Source of the DNA: an uncultured Clostridium sp.
Lineage (GTDB): Bacteria > Bacillota > Clostridia > TANB77 > CAG-508
Direction of reading: 5' to 3'
Assembly: GCA_947648255.1 (NCBI GenBank)
Contig: CANSNA010000002.1
Location: 251-64,250, forward strand
DNA: 64,000 bases
Shown here: piece by piece, positions 35,422-46,300 of the stretch
Layout: each line of letters begins with the position of its first letter
Numbering within the stretch: position 1 is the first letter of the stretch
Made by a program: the position numbers and the translations under genes
Notes under the pieces: model-generated
What the model was told of the DNA's origin: nothing
Seen by the model: the letters and a program-made list of their open reading frames with translations, nothing else
The model's database searches: none

Positions 35422-35440
35422 CACGGAATGTGCACCCCAT
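35407..35440 (-). terminator. rplL terminator
   Basis: Minus strand GGG(T)GCACA-TTCCG-TGTGCCC followed by T9, 15 nt after the rplL stop. Confidence 0.7.
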
Positions 35441-35454
35441 AATTTTTATTAAAA

Positions 35455-35817
35455 TTATGCTAATTCTACTACTGCTCCTGCTTCTGTAAATTTTGCTTTT
35501 AATTCTTCTGCTTCTTCTTTTGCTACATTTTCTTTTACTGTTTTTGGAGCTCCGTCTACTAATTCTTTAGCTTCTTTTAGTCCTAATCCTGTTGCATCTC
35601 TAACAACTTTGATTACTTGGATTTTGTTTGCTCCTGCATCACTTAATACTACATTAAATGATGATTTCTCCTCTGCTCCTGCTGCTCCACCTGCTGCTGG
35701 TGCTGCTGCTGCAACTGCAGATACTCCATATTTTTCTTCGATACCTTTTACAAGGTCTGCTAATTCAACAACTGTTAAGCTGTCGATTGTTTCTAATAAT
35801 TCATCTATTTTTGCCAT
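35455..35817 (-). CDS. rplL: 50S ribosomal protein L7/L12
   Basis: Intact 120-aa ORF with Ala-rich hinge and C-terminal [12 protein letters not shown]...EAGAVVEL. No in-frame CGG. Confidence 0.95.
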   Translation of the reverse strand: MAKIDELLETIDSLTVVELADLVKGIEEKYGVSAVAAAAPAAGGAAGAEEKSSFNVVLSDAGANKIQVIKVVRDATGLGLKEAKELVDGAPKTVKENVAKEEAEELKAKFTEAGAVVELA

Positions 35818-35920
35818 TTTTTAATTCCTCCTAATTAAATTTCATATTAGACCGTTTTTGGCTTACGGCTAATTTACACAAAACATTTTTTTACGTCTTG
35901 CTATATTTTTAATACAATTT

Positions 35921-36430
35921 TTAAGCATTTGCTGTGCTTTCTTTTTGAATACGTACTTGATCGATTGCAACTGCAAGTTTTGATATTGTTCCAAGTAAAC
36001 CACCAGCAAGCATTCCAATAAGAGTTTCTCTTGATGGAAGTTTTGCAAGTGTTATTATTTCTTCTGCTGTCATTACTTTTCCTTCTATTACACCACCTTT
36101 TATTTTGTAAAAGTCGTGGTCTTTTGTATATTCATATATTGCTTTTGCAGGTTCTAAATAATCATCTTTTCCGATAATTACTGCTGTAGGACCTTCTACT
36201 GCTGTATCTAATCCTTCTAACCCACATTTTTCTAATGCTCTTCTAGAAATATTATTTTTAATTATTGAGTATTCTGTGTTTGATGTTCTAAGTTTTGCTC
36301 TTAATTTTGTAACATCTTCTACATTTATTCCTCTATAGTCTGCAAATAATATTAGTTTTGCATCTTTCATTTTTTCTGCAAGTTTATTTACTTCTTCTTC
36401 CTTTTGTTTTATGATTGCTTGATTTGCCAT
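35921..36430 (-). CDS. rplJ: 50S ribosomal protein L10
   Basis: Intact 169-aa ORF (ADYRGINVEDVTKLRAKLR). Position between rplA and rplL. Confidence 0.9.
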   Translation of the reverse strand: MANQAIIKQKEEEVNKLAEKMKDAKLILFADYRGINVEDVTKLRAKLRTSNTEYSIIKNNISRRALEKCGLEGLDTAVEGPTAVIIGKDDYLEPAKAIYEYTKDHDFYKIKGGVIEGKVMTAEEIITLAKLPSRETLIGMLAGGLLGTISKLAVAIDQVRIQKESTANA

Positions 36431-36696
36431 TTTTTCACCTCCTATTATTGTATTTATAAATTATCTTTTACTGTATAGATGCCATTTAACTGGCATTTAC
36501 AAGTTTTCCAAACAAAATTGATTAGAGAATTATAATATCTTTTTTGTTTGATAAGATTAAAACCTAATTCTTAATCCCTAAGGCATCGGAATTAAGAATT
36601 AGGTTTTATTTTCCTTTTCTTTTTTCCTCGGTAGGGCTTATTTTTTTGCCTACTGTCTTAGGATTATATCTATTTTTAAAGAATTACTTTTTTTAT
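36431..36696 (-). promoter_or_regulatory. Putative L10 (rplJ) leader region
   Basis: 266-nt untranslated spacer between rplA and rplJ. Contains a 17-bp perfect hairpin (AAAACCTAATTCTTAAT...ATTAAGAATTAGGTTTT, ~36571..36617) and a second stem near 36630..36660. Location matches the Firmicutes L10 leader; no covariance-model check was possible. Confidence 0.45.
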
Positions 36697-37381
36697 TTAT
36701 TTTTGATCTACAAATAGCCCTGGTCCCATTGTTGTTGTGATACTTACACTTCTGATGTATTGTCCTTTTGCTGCTACTGGTTTTGCTTTTATTATAGCAT
36801 CCATAACTGTTGTATAGTTTTCTAGTAATTTGTCTGTACCAAACGATACTTTTCCAAATCCTAAATGGATTATATTCGTTTTGTCTAATCTATATTCCAC
36901 TTTACCTGATTTAATGTCTGCTATCGCTTTTGTTACATCCATCGTAACTGTTCCTGATTTAGGGTTTGGCATTAGACCTTTTGGTCCAAGTACTTTTCCG
37001 TAATCTTCCTACTACACCCATCATATCTGGTGTTGCAACAATTACATCATATTCAAACCAGTTTTCTTTTTCAATTTTTGGTATTAATTCTTCTGCTCCA
37101 ACAAAATCTGCTCCTGCATTTTTTGCTTCTTCTGCTTTTGGTCCTTTAGCAAATACTAATACTCTTAGTGTTTTACCTGTACCATTTGGAAGTACTACTG
37201 TACCTCTAACTTGTTGGTCTGCATGTTTTGAATCAACACCTAATTTAACATGAAGCTCTACTGTTTCATCAAATTTAGTTTTTGGAAATTTTCCTATTAT
37301 ATCTAGTGCTTCTTTTGCTTCATATAATTTTCCTTTTTCTATAAGCTTTGATGCTTCTTGGTATCTTTTTCCTCTTTTCAT
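36697..37381 (-). CDS. rplA: 50S ribosomal protein L1; 1 recoding event
   Basis: Joins ORFs 36959..37381 and 36697..36972. TTA-CGGA-AAA at 36997..37000 gives [30 protein letters not shown], the conserved L1 motif. Confidence 0.9.
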
Positions 37382-37446
37382 TTTTACCTCCTTTGGTTAT
37401 AGCGAAACTAATTTACTTGAGTTTCTCCCAATTTTATTTTTTGTTT

Positions 37447-37872
37447 TTATTCAACAACTACACCCATTGAGCGAGCAGTTCCTCTAACCATACTCATTGC
37501 TGTTTCAATTGATGCTGCATTTAAGTCCTCCATTTTTTGTTCAGCAATTTGTCTTACTTGGTCTTCTGTTATTTTTGCTACTTTTTCTTTGTTTGGCTTA
37601 CCAGAACCTTTTTCTATTTTGATTGCTTTTTTAATTAATACAGCTACTGGTGGAACTTTTGTTATGAATTCAAAAGATTTATCAGCATATACTGTAATAA
37701 CTACTGGTATTGTCATTCCAGGTTGGTTTGCTGTTCTATCATTAAATTCTTTTACAAATTGCATGATATTTACTCCGCTTGAACCAAGTGCTGGTCCTAC
37801 TGGTGGAGCTGGTGTTGCTTTCCCAGCTTCTATTTGTAATTTGATTACTGTAGCTACTTCTTTTTGTGCCAT
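37447..37872 (-). CDS. rplK: 50S ribosomal protein L11
   Basis: [30 protein letters not shown]. The track start (37884, GTG) lies inside the RBS GGTAGGTG, so ATG 37872 is preferred. Confidence 0.9.
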   Translation of the reverse strand: MAQKEVATVIKLQIEAGKATPAPPVGPALGSSGVNIMQFVKEFNDRTANQPGMTIPVVITVYADKSFEFITKVPPVAVLIKKAIKIEKGSGKPNKEKVAKITEDQVRQIAEQKMEDLNAASIETAMSMVRGTARSMGVVVE

Positions 37873-37918
37873 TTTGGATTGCACCTACCTTTCTTTAACT
37901 TTTTTATATCTATATGTT

Positions 37919-38452
37919 TTAGATTTTTTGAACTTGTGAAAATTCTAGTTCTGTTGGTGTTTCTCTTCCAAACATTGAAACTAAAACTTTAACTTTGCCT
38001 TTTTCTTTGTTTATTTCTTGTACTACACCTATGAAACCTTCAAGAGGTCCATTTATAACTTTTACTGATTCATTTACCTCATAGTCTATCTTTATAGGCA
38101 TTTCTTCAAATCCCATATTTCTTATTTCTTCTTCTGTAAGAGGTATTGGATTTGTTCCTGAACCAACAAAACCTGTAACTCCTCTTGTGTTTCTAACAAT
38201 GTACCAAGTTTCATCTGTTACTATCATTTTTATTAAAACATAACCTGGGAAAACTTTTTTTAAGTTTGCTTTTCTTTTTCCATCTTTTATTTCTATTTGT
38301 TCTTCCATAGGAACTATGATTTCAAAGAAATACTCTTCTAATTCTCTGTTTTTAACCATTTTCTCTAGATCTGTTTTTACTTTATTTTCATATCCTGAGT
38401 AGGTATGTATAACATACCATCTTGCGACAGAATCTTCTTTTTGATGAGCCAT
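37919..38452 (-). CDS. nusG: Transcription termination/antitermination factor NusG
   Basis: Intact 177-aa ORF: WYVIHTYSGYENKV, and a KOW motif near the C-terminus. Confidence 0.9.
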   Translation of the reverse strand: MAHQKEDSVARWYVIHTYSGYENKVKTDLEKMVKNRELEEYFFEIIVPMEEQIEIKDGKRKANLKKVFPGYVLIKMIVTDETWYIVRNTRGVTGFVGSGTNPIPLTEEEIRNMGFEEMPIKIDYEVNESVKVINGPLEGFIGVVQEINKEKGKVKVLVSMFGRETPTELEFSQVQKI

Positions 38453-38476
38453 GGCAAGCTAACCTCCTTAACAAAA

Positions 38477-38896
38477 TTATTGTGCAGTATCTTCTACATT
38501 TGTAGTATCATTTGGTGCATCTTGCCCATTTGCTTGTTCATTATTTTCTTCTTGACTGTTTTCACCTTCTGAATTATTTTCTCCTGTTTCATCATTTTCT
38601 TCTTGATTTTCATTTTCGTTTGAACCAGCATTTGTTTCATTTTCATTTTCTGTTACTACTGAATTTTGTACTATTGTTTTTAGTTTGTTTATTCCGTAGG
38701 TATTTAAAGCTTCAAAAGCTAAATCTAATACAAATACGATAGCTGTTACTATTAATACAATTGCTATAACTATAACTGTATTATTTATAACTTGACTTTT
38801 TGTTGGCCAAATAACTTTTTTTAATTCTGCTTTAAAATCTTTCCAAAAGTGTTTTTGTTTTTTACTTGTTTTTTCAGGTTTTTCTGCTTTTCCCAT
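38477..38896 (-). CDS. secE: Preprotein translocase subunit SecE with long acidic C-terminal extension
   Basis: FWKDFKAELKKVIWPTKSQVINNTVIVIAIVLIVTAIVFVLD is the SecE core. Position between rpmG and nusG. About 65 extra residues rich in E/N/Q follow the TM helix. Confidence 0.75.
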   Translation of the reverse strand: MGKAEKPEKTSKKQKHFWKDFKAELKKVIWPTKSQVINNTVIVIAIVLIVTAIVFVLDLAFEALNTYGINKLKTIVQNSVVTENENETNAGSNENENQEENDETGENNSEGENSQEENNEQANGQDAPNDTTNVEDTAQ

Positions 38897-38926
38897 TTCT
38901 TTTTTAGCACCTCCATTAAATAAAAG

Positions 38927-39091
38927 TTATTTTGTTTCCTTATGTGTTGTACGTTTTTTACAATATTTGCAATATTTTACTATTTCTAATCTGTCTGTGT
39001 TATTTCTTTTGTTTTTAGATGTCATATAATTTCTTCTTTTACATTCTGTACATTCTAAAGTAATATTTTCTCTTGGACCTTTTGCAGCCAT
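38927..39091 (-). CDS. rpmG: 50S ribosomal protein L33
   Basis: 54-aa ORF below the track cutoff: [54 protein letters not shown] (CxxC...CxxC zinc ribbon). Confidence 0.85.
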   Translation of the reverse strand: MAAKGPRENITLECTECKRRNYMTSKNKRNNTDRLEIVKYCKYCKKRTTHKETK

Positions 39092-39273
39092 TAAAATACA
39101 CCTCCGTAATTCTTTCTATATTTATTTGTCATTCATTTTTTAAGGTTTGCAACTTTTTATGGTTGCTAAATTAACGATGTGAACACGTATAACCTTAATA
39201 CGTGTTCACATATTCTATCATATTATTTTTTATTTGTCAAGCATTAGAGCCCATTTGCCTTAAGTTTTTTATA

Positions 39274-41403
39274 TTATCTTGATATTCCAGCCTTGCTTGG
39301 TGCAGAAGATGCTTTTGCACTAGCACGACCTGCTTCATAACTTGATCTAGATACAAGTTCTGCTTCTACTTTTGGAATATTATCTCCTTCAGCTTTTGCT
39401 ACAACTTTAACATCTTGATTTATTTGTGCTCCAAAATCTCTATGTCTTTGTCTTGATGCTGAAACTTCTTTTTTTCCTAGCATTCTTTCTTTTCTTTCTT
39501 GTATTTCTTTTGCTTGTTTTTCTGATTTTTCATATATGCTTTTTATTTCATCTAATGAATATATATTTAGAGCTATCCAAGAGCTTCTACGGCTTGTCAC
39601 TTCTTCTGGTGTTAAGCAATTTAGCTGTTTATCTATTCTTCCTCTCATTTCTTCTACATCATTTTGTGATAGTTGTGGAACCTTAGCTGCTAGTTTTCCT
39701 TCTTCCAATGTCCTTCCTTCCTTTTGTGCAGCTCTTACAGCAACTGATAAAACATCATTATATGTAAATAGCCCTTCTGCTATCCATATATGTAGTCCTG
39801 CTTCTAGTTGTTCTACTTTTAAGCTTTTCATGTCTTGTGATATAATCATTCTTCTCTCTTCTAATCTTTTTTCCATTGCTCTTCTTGCTTTTTTTAATTC
39901 TTGATAAGCTTTTTCAGCTTCTTCACTTACTACACCTTGCTCAACTATTTCTTGTGCTATTCTTTTTCTTTCTGCCCTTTCTTCTGGTGAAAGTTTTGAT
40001 AATTCGTCTTCTATTCGTCTTAGTACTTCTGCTTTTGGTGTATTTCTTCTTAAAAGTTTTTGTGCCTCTTGGATTATTTTCTCTCTTTCTTCTGTTGAAA
40101 CTTCTTTTGGCTTTTCACTTGAGCTTTCTGTTACTGTTGCTGCAAGTTCTTCTTCAAAGCCTTTATTATCCCATATTAGATCTTCAAAGTCACGTCCTAG
40201 CCATTTGCTAAGTCTTGGAAATCTTACACATAGTCTGTCTAAGAAGCCTGGTTCTCCATTATTTTTTTCTGTAAATGCTCTCTTGAAACTTTCCATTCTT
40301 TCTCTTTGTTCTTTTTGCTTTGCTACTTTCTTATCCATCATGTTAGCTAAAAATGGTATTTTCCCTAATATTTTATGACTTTCAGCCCATGTTTTTTCAG
40401 TATCCTCCTCTGGTTCTTCTTGTGGTAAATCTGGTTCTTCTTCTGGTAGTTCTAGTTCTTGATGATCTGGTTTTGGAGGTATTCCTCCTATTCCTGTACC
40501 ATTATTTCCTGCTCTTGATCCTGTTCCAGCATTTTTTCCTTTATTTTTGTCTTTTCCTTTATCTTCTCCAGAATTTCCGCTTCCATTTTCTCCTTGTTCA
40601 CCACTATCTGGTCTCTCTTCTGGCTTTTCTTCTTTTTTCTTTTTAGGTATTCCCATAATTTGATTTATTTTTTGTTCTGTTAGGTTTGCTATATCTTTCC
40701 AGCCCATTCCTGCAAATATTTTTTCCCAAGGATTTCCAGTTTTATCAAATGATGCACGCAACTCAGAAAGCCCTTTACCATATTTTTCTACATCAGCTTT
40801 TGCAGCTTGAAGTTCTTTTTCTATTTTATCTCTACTACCAATTTTTCCTTTTTTCTCTTTTAGTTCCTCTAGCACTTTGGTCATAGCGGCTTTTACTGTT
40901 TTACCTTTTGCACTATTTACTGCCTCTTGTGCTTCGCTTATTTCGCTATCTAGATCACTTTCAGCTTCTTCAAAAGCTTTCATTTTGGCTTCTGCTTTTT
41001 CTAGTCTTTCTTTTGCAGCTGTATATGCTTCTTTTTCTTGTTTCATTCTTTGATATATTGTTTGACGTGCAGTTGCAATTATATTCATATTTCTTTTTAC
41101 TCTAGAAAGACGTTCTAGTATATTTTTTTCACCTTGAAGTTGAGTTGAAATGTCTAACATTTCTGCAATTATTGTTTCATTTGCTTCTGAATTTCTTTGT
41201 TTTGCATCCATTCCACTTCTTACTACTGTTTGTCTATTTACAAGCTCACTTTGCATTCTCACAAGCTCTTCATTTATTCTTGCAATTCTTTGTTCTATGT
41301 TTCCTTCTGGAACATTTCGTAATTCAAGATATACATCTTTCCAATTTTCACCATGTACTAGAGTTTCTTCTGCAAGCTTTATATATGATTTTTTTCTTGC
41401 CAT
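39274..41403 (-). CDS. 709-aa highly charged coiled-coil protein with central Gly/Pro/Glu-rich low-complexity segment, unknown function
   Basis: Single intact ORF, no recognisable family motif, no in-frame CGG. A 13-bp perfect hairpin (39179..39209) lies downstream. Confidence 0.55.
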   Translation of the reverse strand: MARKKSYIKLAEETLVHGENWKDVYLELRNVPEGNIEQRIARINEELVRMQSELVNRQTVVRSGMDAKQRNSEANETIIAEMLDISTQLQGEKNILERLSRVKRNMNIIATARQTIYQRMKQEKEAYTAAKERLEKAEAKMKAFEEAESDLDSEISEAQEAVNSAKGKTVKAAMTKVLEELKEKKGKIGSRDKIEKELQAAKADVEKYGKGLSELRASFDKTGNPWEKIFAGMGWKDIANLTEQKINQIMGIPKKKKEEKPEERPDSGEQGENGSGNSGEDKGKDKNKGKNAGTGSRAGNNGTGIGGIPPKPDHQELELPEEEPDLPQEEPEEDTEKTWAESHKILGKIPFLANMMDKKVAKQKEQRERMESFKRAFTEKNNGEPGFLDRLCVRFPRLSKWLGRDFEDLIWDNKGFEEELAATVTESSSEKPKEVSTEEREKIIQEAQKLLRRNTPKAEVLRRIEDELSKLSPEERAERKRIAQEIVEQGVVSEEAEKAYQELKKARRAMEKRLEERRMIISQDMKSLKVEQLEAGLHIWIAEGLFTYNDVLSVAVRAAQKEGRTLEEGKLAAKVPQLSQNDVEEMRGRIDKQLNCLTPEEVTSRRSSWIALNIYSLDEIKSIYEKSEKQAKEIQERKERMLGKKEVSASRQRHRDFGAQINQDVKVVAKAEGDNIPKVEAELVSRSSYEAGRASAKASSAPSKAGISR

Positions 41404-41492
41404 ATTTTAACCCTCCTAAAATTTATCTTTTTTTAATTATAATTATCCTAATTTATCATACATATTAATTTTACTATATATTCCAACATTTG

Positions 41493-42802
41493 TCAACATT
41501 TTATGTGAATTTTGTTTAATGCTCTTTTGCTTAGTTCTTTATACCTTTCTTTTTTGTCTTTTATTTTGACATCTAATGTAGGGAGTATTCCGGAAATTCG
41601 CATTCATTGGCTGAAAATTTTCATTTTCTTCTGATATATAGTTACTTAATGCTCCTATCATTGTCTCTTTGGGAAATATTATTTTTTCTTTTCCCTTCAC
41701 TTTAGATACTATATTTAATCCGTACCACCATTCCGTGAAGCTATTGATTCTACATAGCCTTCTACTCCTGTTATTTGCCCAGCAAAATAAATATTTTTAC
41801 TTTCTTTTAGGTTATATGTGTTATCTAATAATTTTGGAGAATTTATATAAGTGTTTCTATGCATTACTCCATATTTTACAAATTCTGCATTTTCTAGACC
41901 TGGAATTTTGCTAAATACTCTTTTTTGCTCTCCAAATTTTAAGTTTGTTTGAAATCCTACCATATTATATAGTGTTCCTTCTGCATTGTCTTGCCTTAAC
42001 TGCACTATTGCATATGGTCGCTTTCCTGTTCTTGGATCAGTAAATCCTACTGGCTTTAGCGGACCAAATCTAAGGGTATCTAAACCTCTTTTTGCCATTA
42101 CTTCTATTGGCATGCAACCTTCAAATATCTCTCTTTTTTCAAAGCTATGAAGTTCTGTAACTTCTGCACCCGTAAGTTCTTTCCAAAATTCTTCGTATTC
42201 TTCTTTATTCATTGGAAGATTAATATAGCATGCTTCTCCTTTTCCGTATCTATCACCAAGAAAACCTATATTCATATTTATGGAGTCTTTTTCTACTATT
42301 GGAGAGGCTGCATCATAGAAATGCAATTTTTCTTTTTCTATTATTTTTTCTATTTCCTGGCTTAATCTATCTGTTGTAAGTGGACCTGTTGCTATAACTA
42401 TTTGATTATCTTTAATTAAATCCTTTAAATGTATCTCTTCTCCGTACTTCTGCTTCTACGATTTTTATGTTTTTTATATTTTTTATTTCTTTTGTAACTA
42501 GTTTTGCAAATTTTTCTCTATCTACTGCTAAAGCTTGCCCAGCAGGTACTTTGGTCTCATCTGCACATTTTATTAAAAGACTTCCTAAGTTTCTTAGTTC
42601 TTCTTTTAAAAGTCCGACAGGCGTTTGTTATGAGATTTGATTTGAAAGAGTTGCTACATACTATTTCTGCAAAGTGTTTATCTGAGTGTGCTGGTGTAAA
42701 TTTTTTTGGTTTCATTTCATATAAGGTTACATCTATTCCTTCTTTTGCAATTTGATATGCTGTTTCACATCCTGCAAGACCAGCTCCTATTACTATTACC
42801 AT
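41493..42802 (-). CDS. trmFO: Methylenetetrahydrofolate--tRNA-(uracil54-C5)-methyltransferase TrmFO; 5 recoding events
   Basis: Joins ORFs 42557..42802, 41715..42326 and unlisted pieces. Quadruplets: 42613, 42441, 41732, 41719, 41589. Gives [10 protein letters not shown]..., [31 protein letters not shown] and [12 protein letters not shown]. Confidence 0.85.
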
Positions 42803-42904
42803 TTTATTGTTTTCCTTTCTATTTTACATTTTATTTATTTTATGTTATAATAATTATAAGTTATGTCAAGTACATTGATTTTGAAAAAATTGGAGGTTTA
42901 CATC

Positions 42905-43267
42905 ATGAATGATTTGTCTGAGGTTGGCACTACATTAGATGAAGAGCTTAAGATCGCTCGAAAAAAAGCTATGGCAGATATTAAATTCAAGAGAGCGGGT
43001 AGTAAGCCCAAATCCAAAAAGAAAGTTCCAAAGGTCAAGACTAAGAAAAGGAAAGATCCAATGCATATTAAAAGGAACAAACATTTAGATACACTATTTC
43101 TTGTGGTGTTTGGGGTCATTCTTTTTCTCATCCTCTCTCATCCCGGCGATTTTCTCTTTGGCTCAATCTCATTTTTTAGCTTCCTTTTCTCAATTAATTT
43201 GTGGGTCTTTTTAGGCTTTGCAGCTATTATTGGGATTGTCGCTTTTTTTGTTAGTCTTTTTCGCTAA
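42905..43267 (+). CDS. Small membrane protein (basic N-terminal half, two C-terminal TM helices), unknown function
   Basis: ATG 42905 preceded by GGAGG (the track start 42863 lacks an RBS). GC-richer than its flanks and followed by a strong terminator. Confidence 0.5.
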   Translation: MNDLSEVGTTLDEELKIARKKAMADIKFKRAGSKPKSKKKVPKVKTKKRKDPMHIKRNKHLDTLFLVVFGVILFLILSHPGDFLFGSISFFSFLFSINLWVFLGFAAIIGIVAFFVSLFR

Positions 43268-43274
43268 AGCGTCT

Positions 43275-43312
43275 AAAAACGCCTGCCTTAGTTTATCTGG
43301 GCAGGCGTTTTT
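43275..43312. terminator. Bidirectional terminator between convergent genes
   Basis: AAAAACGCCTGCC...GGGCAGGCGTTTTT, GC-rich 10-11 bp stem with flanking A/T runs. Confidence 0.7.
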
Positions 43313-43330
43313 AGTTTATTTCTTCTGTTT

Positions 43331-46300
43331 TTATTCTAATACATATTTTTTAATTAAACTAATTCCTGATGCAAATGTTATTAAAATTATTGCTATCATT
43401 CCTATATAGATTTTTACAGCTCCTGTTTTTACTAATAATAAAACTGGTGCATCATCTATATCGTCTTCGTCTGGTACTTTGTTGTCTGGTGTTGAGTCTA
43501 CATCTGGTGAATCACTATCATTTTTGTCTTTACTAATTTCTGCTAAATTCACTTTTGTTCCAAGGTTTTCTGAACTGTTTATCCATGTTAGAACTATTGG
43601 AACTTGTGCTGTTTCTCCTGGTTTAAGCAATGTATCTTTTAAATAGTCTGTTGTAACTATTCCCTCTTCATTTACTTTCCATCTCCATTCTGTATTGTCC
43701 TTTTCATCAAATCTAAGTCCTTGTGGAATGTAATCTTTTATTTCTGTTGCATAGCCTTCTATTTCACCTTCATTTTCTATTTGTATTGTGTATACATATT
43801 TTATAATAACGTTTTTAAGTTCTTTTTCTGGTATCTCTAGTTTTACAGGTGGTTCATTTTTTGATGTTTCTGCTGTGTGACCTGTATCTGTTACTACTTC
43901 TTTTCCATTTAATATTACTTTTGTTTGAGCTACCCATTTTAGTAAGCTTAAATCAAAATATTTTACTTTTACATTATCATAATCTATATCATCTTCATTT
44001 GGTCCATCTGGATCATATGGTGTATCTCTATCTGGCTCTGAGTCTATATCGTCATCTGAGTCTTTTGAAATTTGTGCTACGTTTTTGATTATTCTTGCTG
44101 ACTCTTCTTTTGTTTTTGCTACATATGTTACTTTAAATGCTAGTTTTACATCTTTATAATCTGGGTTAAGTGGTTCTTTATCGCTTATTGCTTTATTTGG
44201 GTCAAAGGCTTTTAGTTCATTTTTTCTTCCTGTTTCTTCTTCTTGTTTCTCTGATAGATAATCTGTTACTATATATTTTGCTTTGCTTGTGTCTCCATCT
44301 GTTATTTCTTCTTGGTTTTCATCTAACATTATCCATCTATATTCTTTATTTATTTCATGTTCTGGTAAGAACTTTAGTCCTTCTGGCATATCATCTGTTA
44401 TTTCATCTGCCCATCCATCTGCTTGACCTTCATTAAATATTCTTATTGTATATATTACTGTGTTTCCAGTTACTACTTCTACTGGGTCTTTTGTATGTTC
44501 ATAGCTTATCTTTCCATCTTCATATTTTACTTCTGGATATCTATTATTTATTGGTGTATTTTCTACCCCAGTTATGAATTTTCTAAGTGCTAAGTCGAAA
44601 TCTTTTACTACTACTTTTTCGTAATCATCGTCGTCTTCTTGACCTGGTACATATGGTAAGTGTTCAAGTTCTTCTTTGTAGTTTGGTCTTTTTTCATCAT
44701 TTGGAATTTCGAAGTCTTTTCCTGGTCTTTTATCTCCATCTGGCATTGAGTCTCTATCTTTATCGTCTATATTTTTTTCTCCTGTTTCATCTGTTGTTTC
44801 TGTTATTTGTGCTAAATTTGTAAGTATTTTATTTGATTCTACTTTATCATTTACTTTACATACAATTTGTACATCTATATAATTTAAATCTCCACTTTCT
44901 GAAACATATGCTGTAAGTAATTTTCCATTTCTTCTGTCTTTGTATACTTCATCTCCATCTTGATTATTTTTTGCTGTTATTGTTGTTTTTACTTGACGTG
45001 TATTTTCATCATATTCCCATCCAAATTTTTTGTTTATTGAATTTTCTGGTAAATAATCTAAATATTCTGGCAAGTAGTCTGTAACCTTGCTTACATATGC
45101 ATTTATATCGCCTTCATTATATAGTCTTATTGTATATGTCACTTCGCTCTTTCTTTTTACCTCTAATGCTTTTTTAGTGTGTATATATTCTGCTGTTGTA
45201 CCACTTAAATTATCTAATGGGTCTGAGTTAGTTACTGGTACTCTTGATTTCTCAGGTGCTTTTCCATCTACATCTGTTATGAATTTTCTAAGTGCTAAGT
45301 CTAATTTTGGTACTTTTACTTTTACTTTTTCGAAGTCGTCATCATCTTCATTTCCTGGTACCCAAGGATCTTTTTCTTTATCTTCTTTATAGTGTGGTAA
45401 ATCTTCATCGTCTGGTACCTTTGGTTCTACATTATCTGGAATTGAGTCTTCGTCTTCTACTTCTTCTGGTACTGGTCTTCCATTTTCGTCTTTTTCACCT
45501 GTTATTTCTGCTATATTTGTAAGTTTTGTAGTTTCTTCTAATGGCATTATCTGACAATTTATTTCTACTTCTATATAACTTAGGTCATCTGCTGTGCCTG
45601 TTTTTTTATCGAATTTTGGAATTGTTACTTCATCTCCTAGTGTTTTTCCTGACACATCTATTTTATTTGGTTCTTTTGCTGGGTCTACTGTTAATTTTCC
45701 ACCTGCTCCTACTATTTTGCAGTTAGGTTTTGAAACAACAGTTGTATATTCTACTCCTTTGGTTGCATTCCACCAGCTTTCTCTAGTTTCTGTCTCTGTG
45801 TTTTTGTCATCTCCATAACGTACATATTCTAAGTTATTTGCTATATAGTCTGTAATTTCTGTAACTTTTCCATCTACTTCGCCTTCATTGTATACTCTTA
45901 TTCTATATGTTACTACATCACCAACATTTGCATCTATTGGATCTTTGCTATGATAATAATTTGCATCTGTTCCTGGTCCTTTTTTTAGTGGTCCTACATC
46001 TGGCTGTGGTGCTCTTGTTGGATATTTTGTGTCTCCTATTTGATAAATATATTTTCTAAGAGCTAAATCTATTTTCTGTGAGTTTACTATTATTTTATCA
46101 AAGTCGTCATCGTCTTGTTGTCCTGGTATATATGGTTTTTTTGGATCTTTTGAATCTATTTCTTCTTGTTTATAGTTTGGAAGTGGTCCTTTTGGGTTTG
46201 GATTTGGATCTTTATTTCCTGGTTGTGGTTCTACATTTTTTGTTTCTGAGTCTCTATCTTCTAGTTCTCTTCCAATATCGTCTTCTGGTTTTCCACTTTC

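Noticed and set aside
35818-35920. Hairpin-like ACCG...CGGC sequence between rplJ and rplL as a regulatory element
   Set aside because: The stem is only short and imperfect; an ordinary intercistronic spacer is sufficient explanation.
36997-37000. CGG simply reassigned to Gly as a normal triplet
   Set aside because: Reading CGG as a triplet leaves the downstream sequence out of frame (L1 would read [13 protein letters not shown]-stop instead of [14 protein letters not shown]). Four nucleotides must be consumed per Gly at every site.
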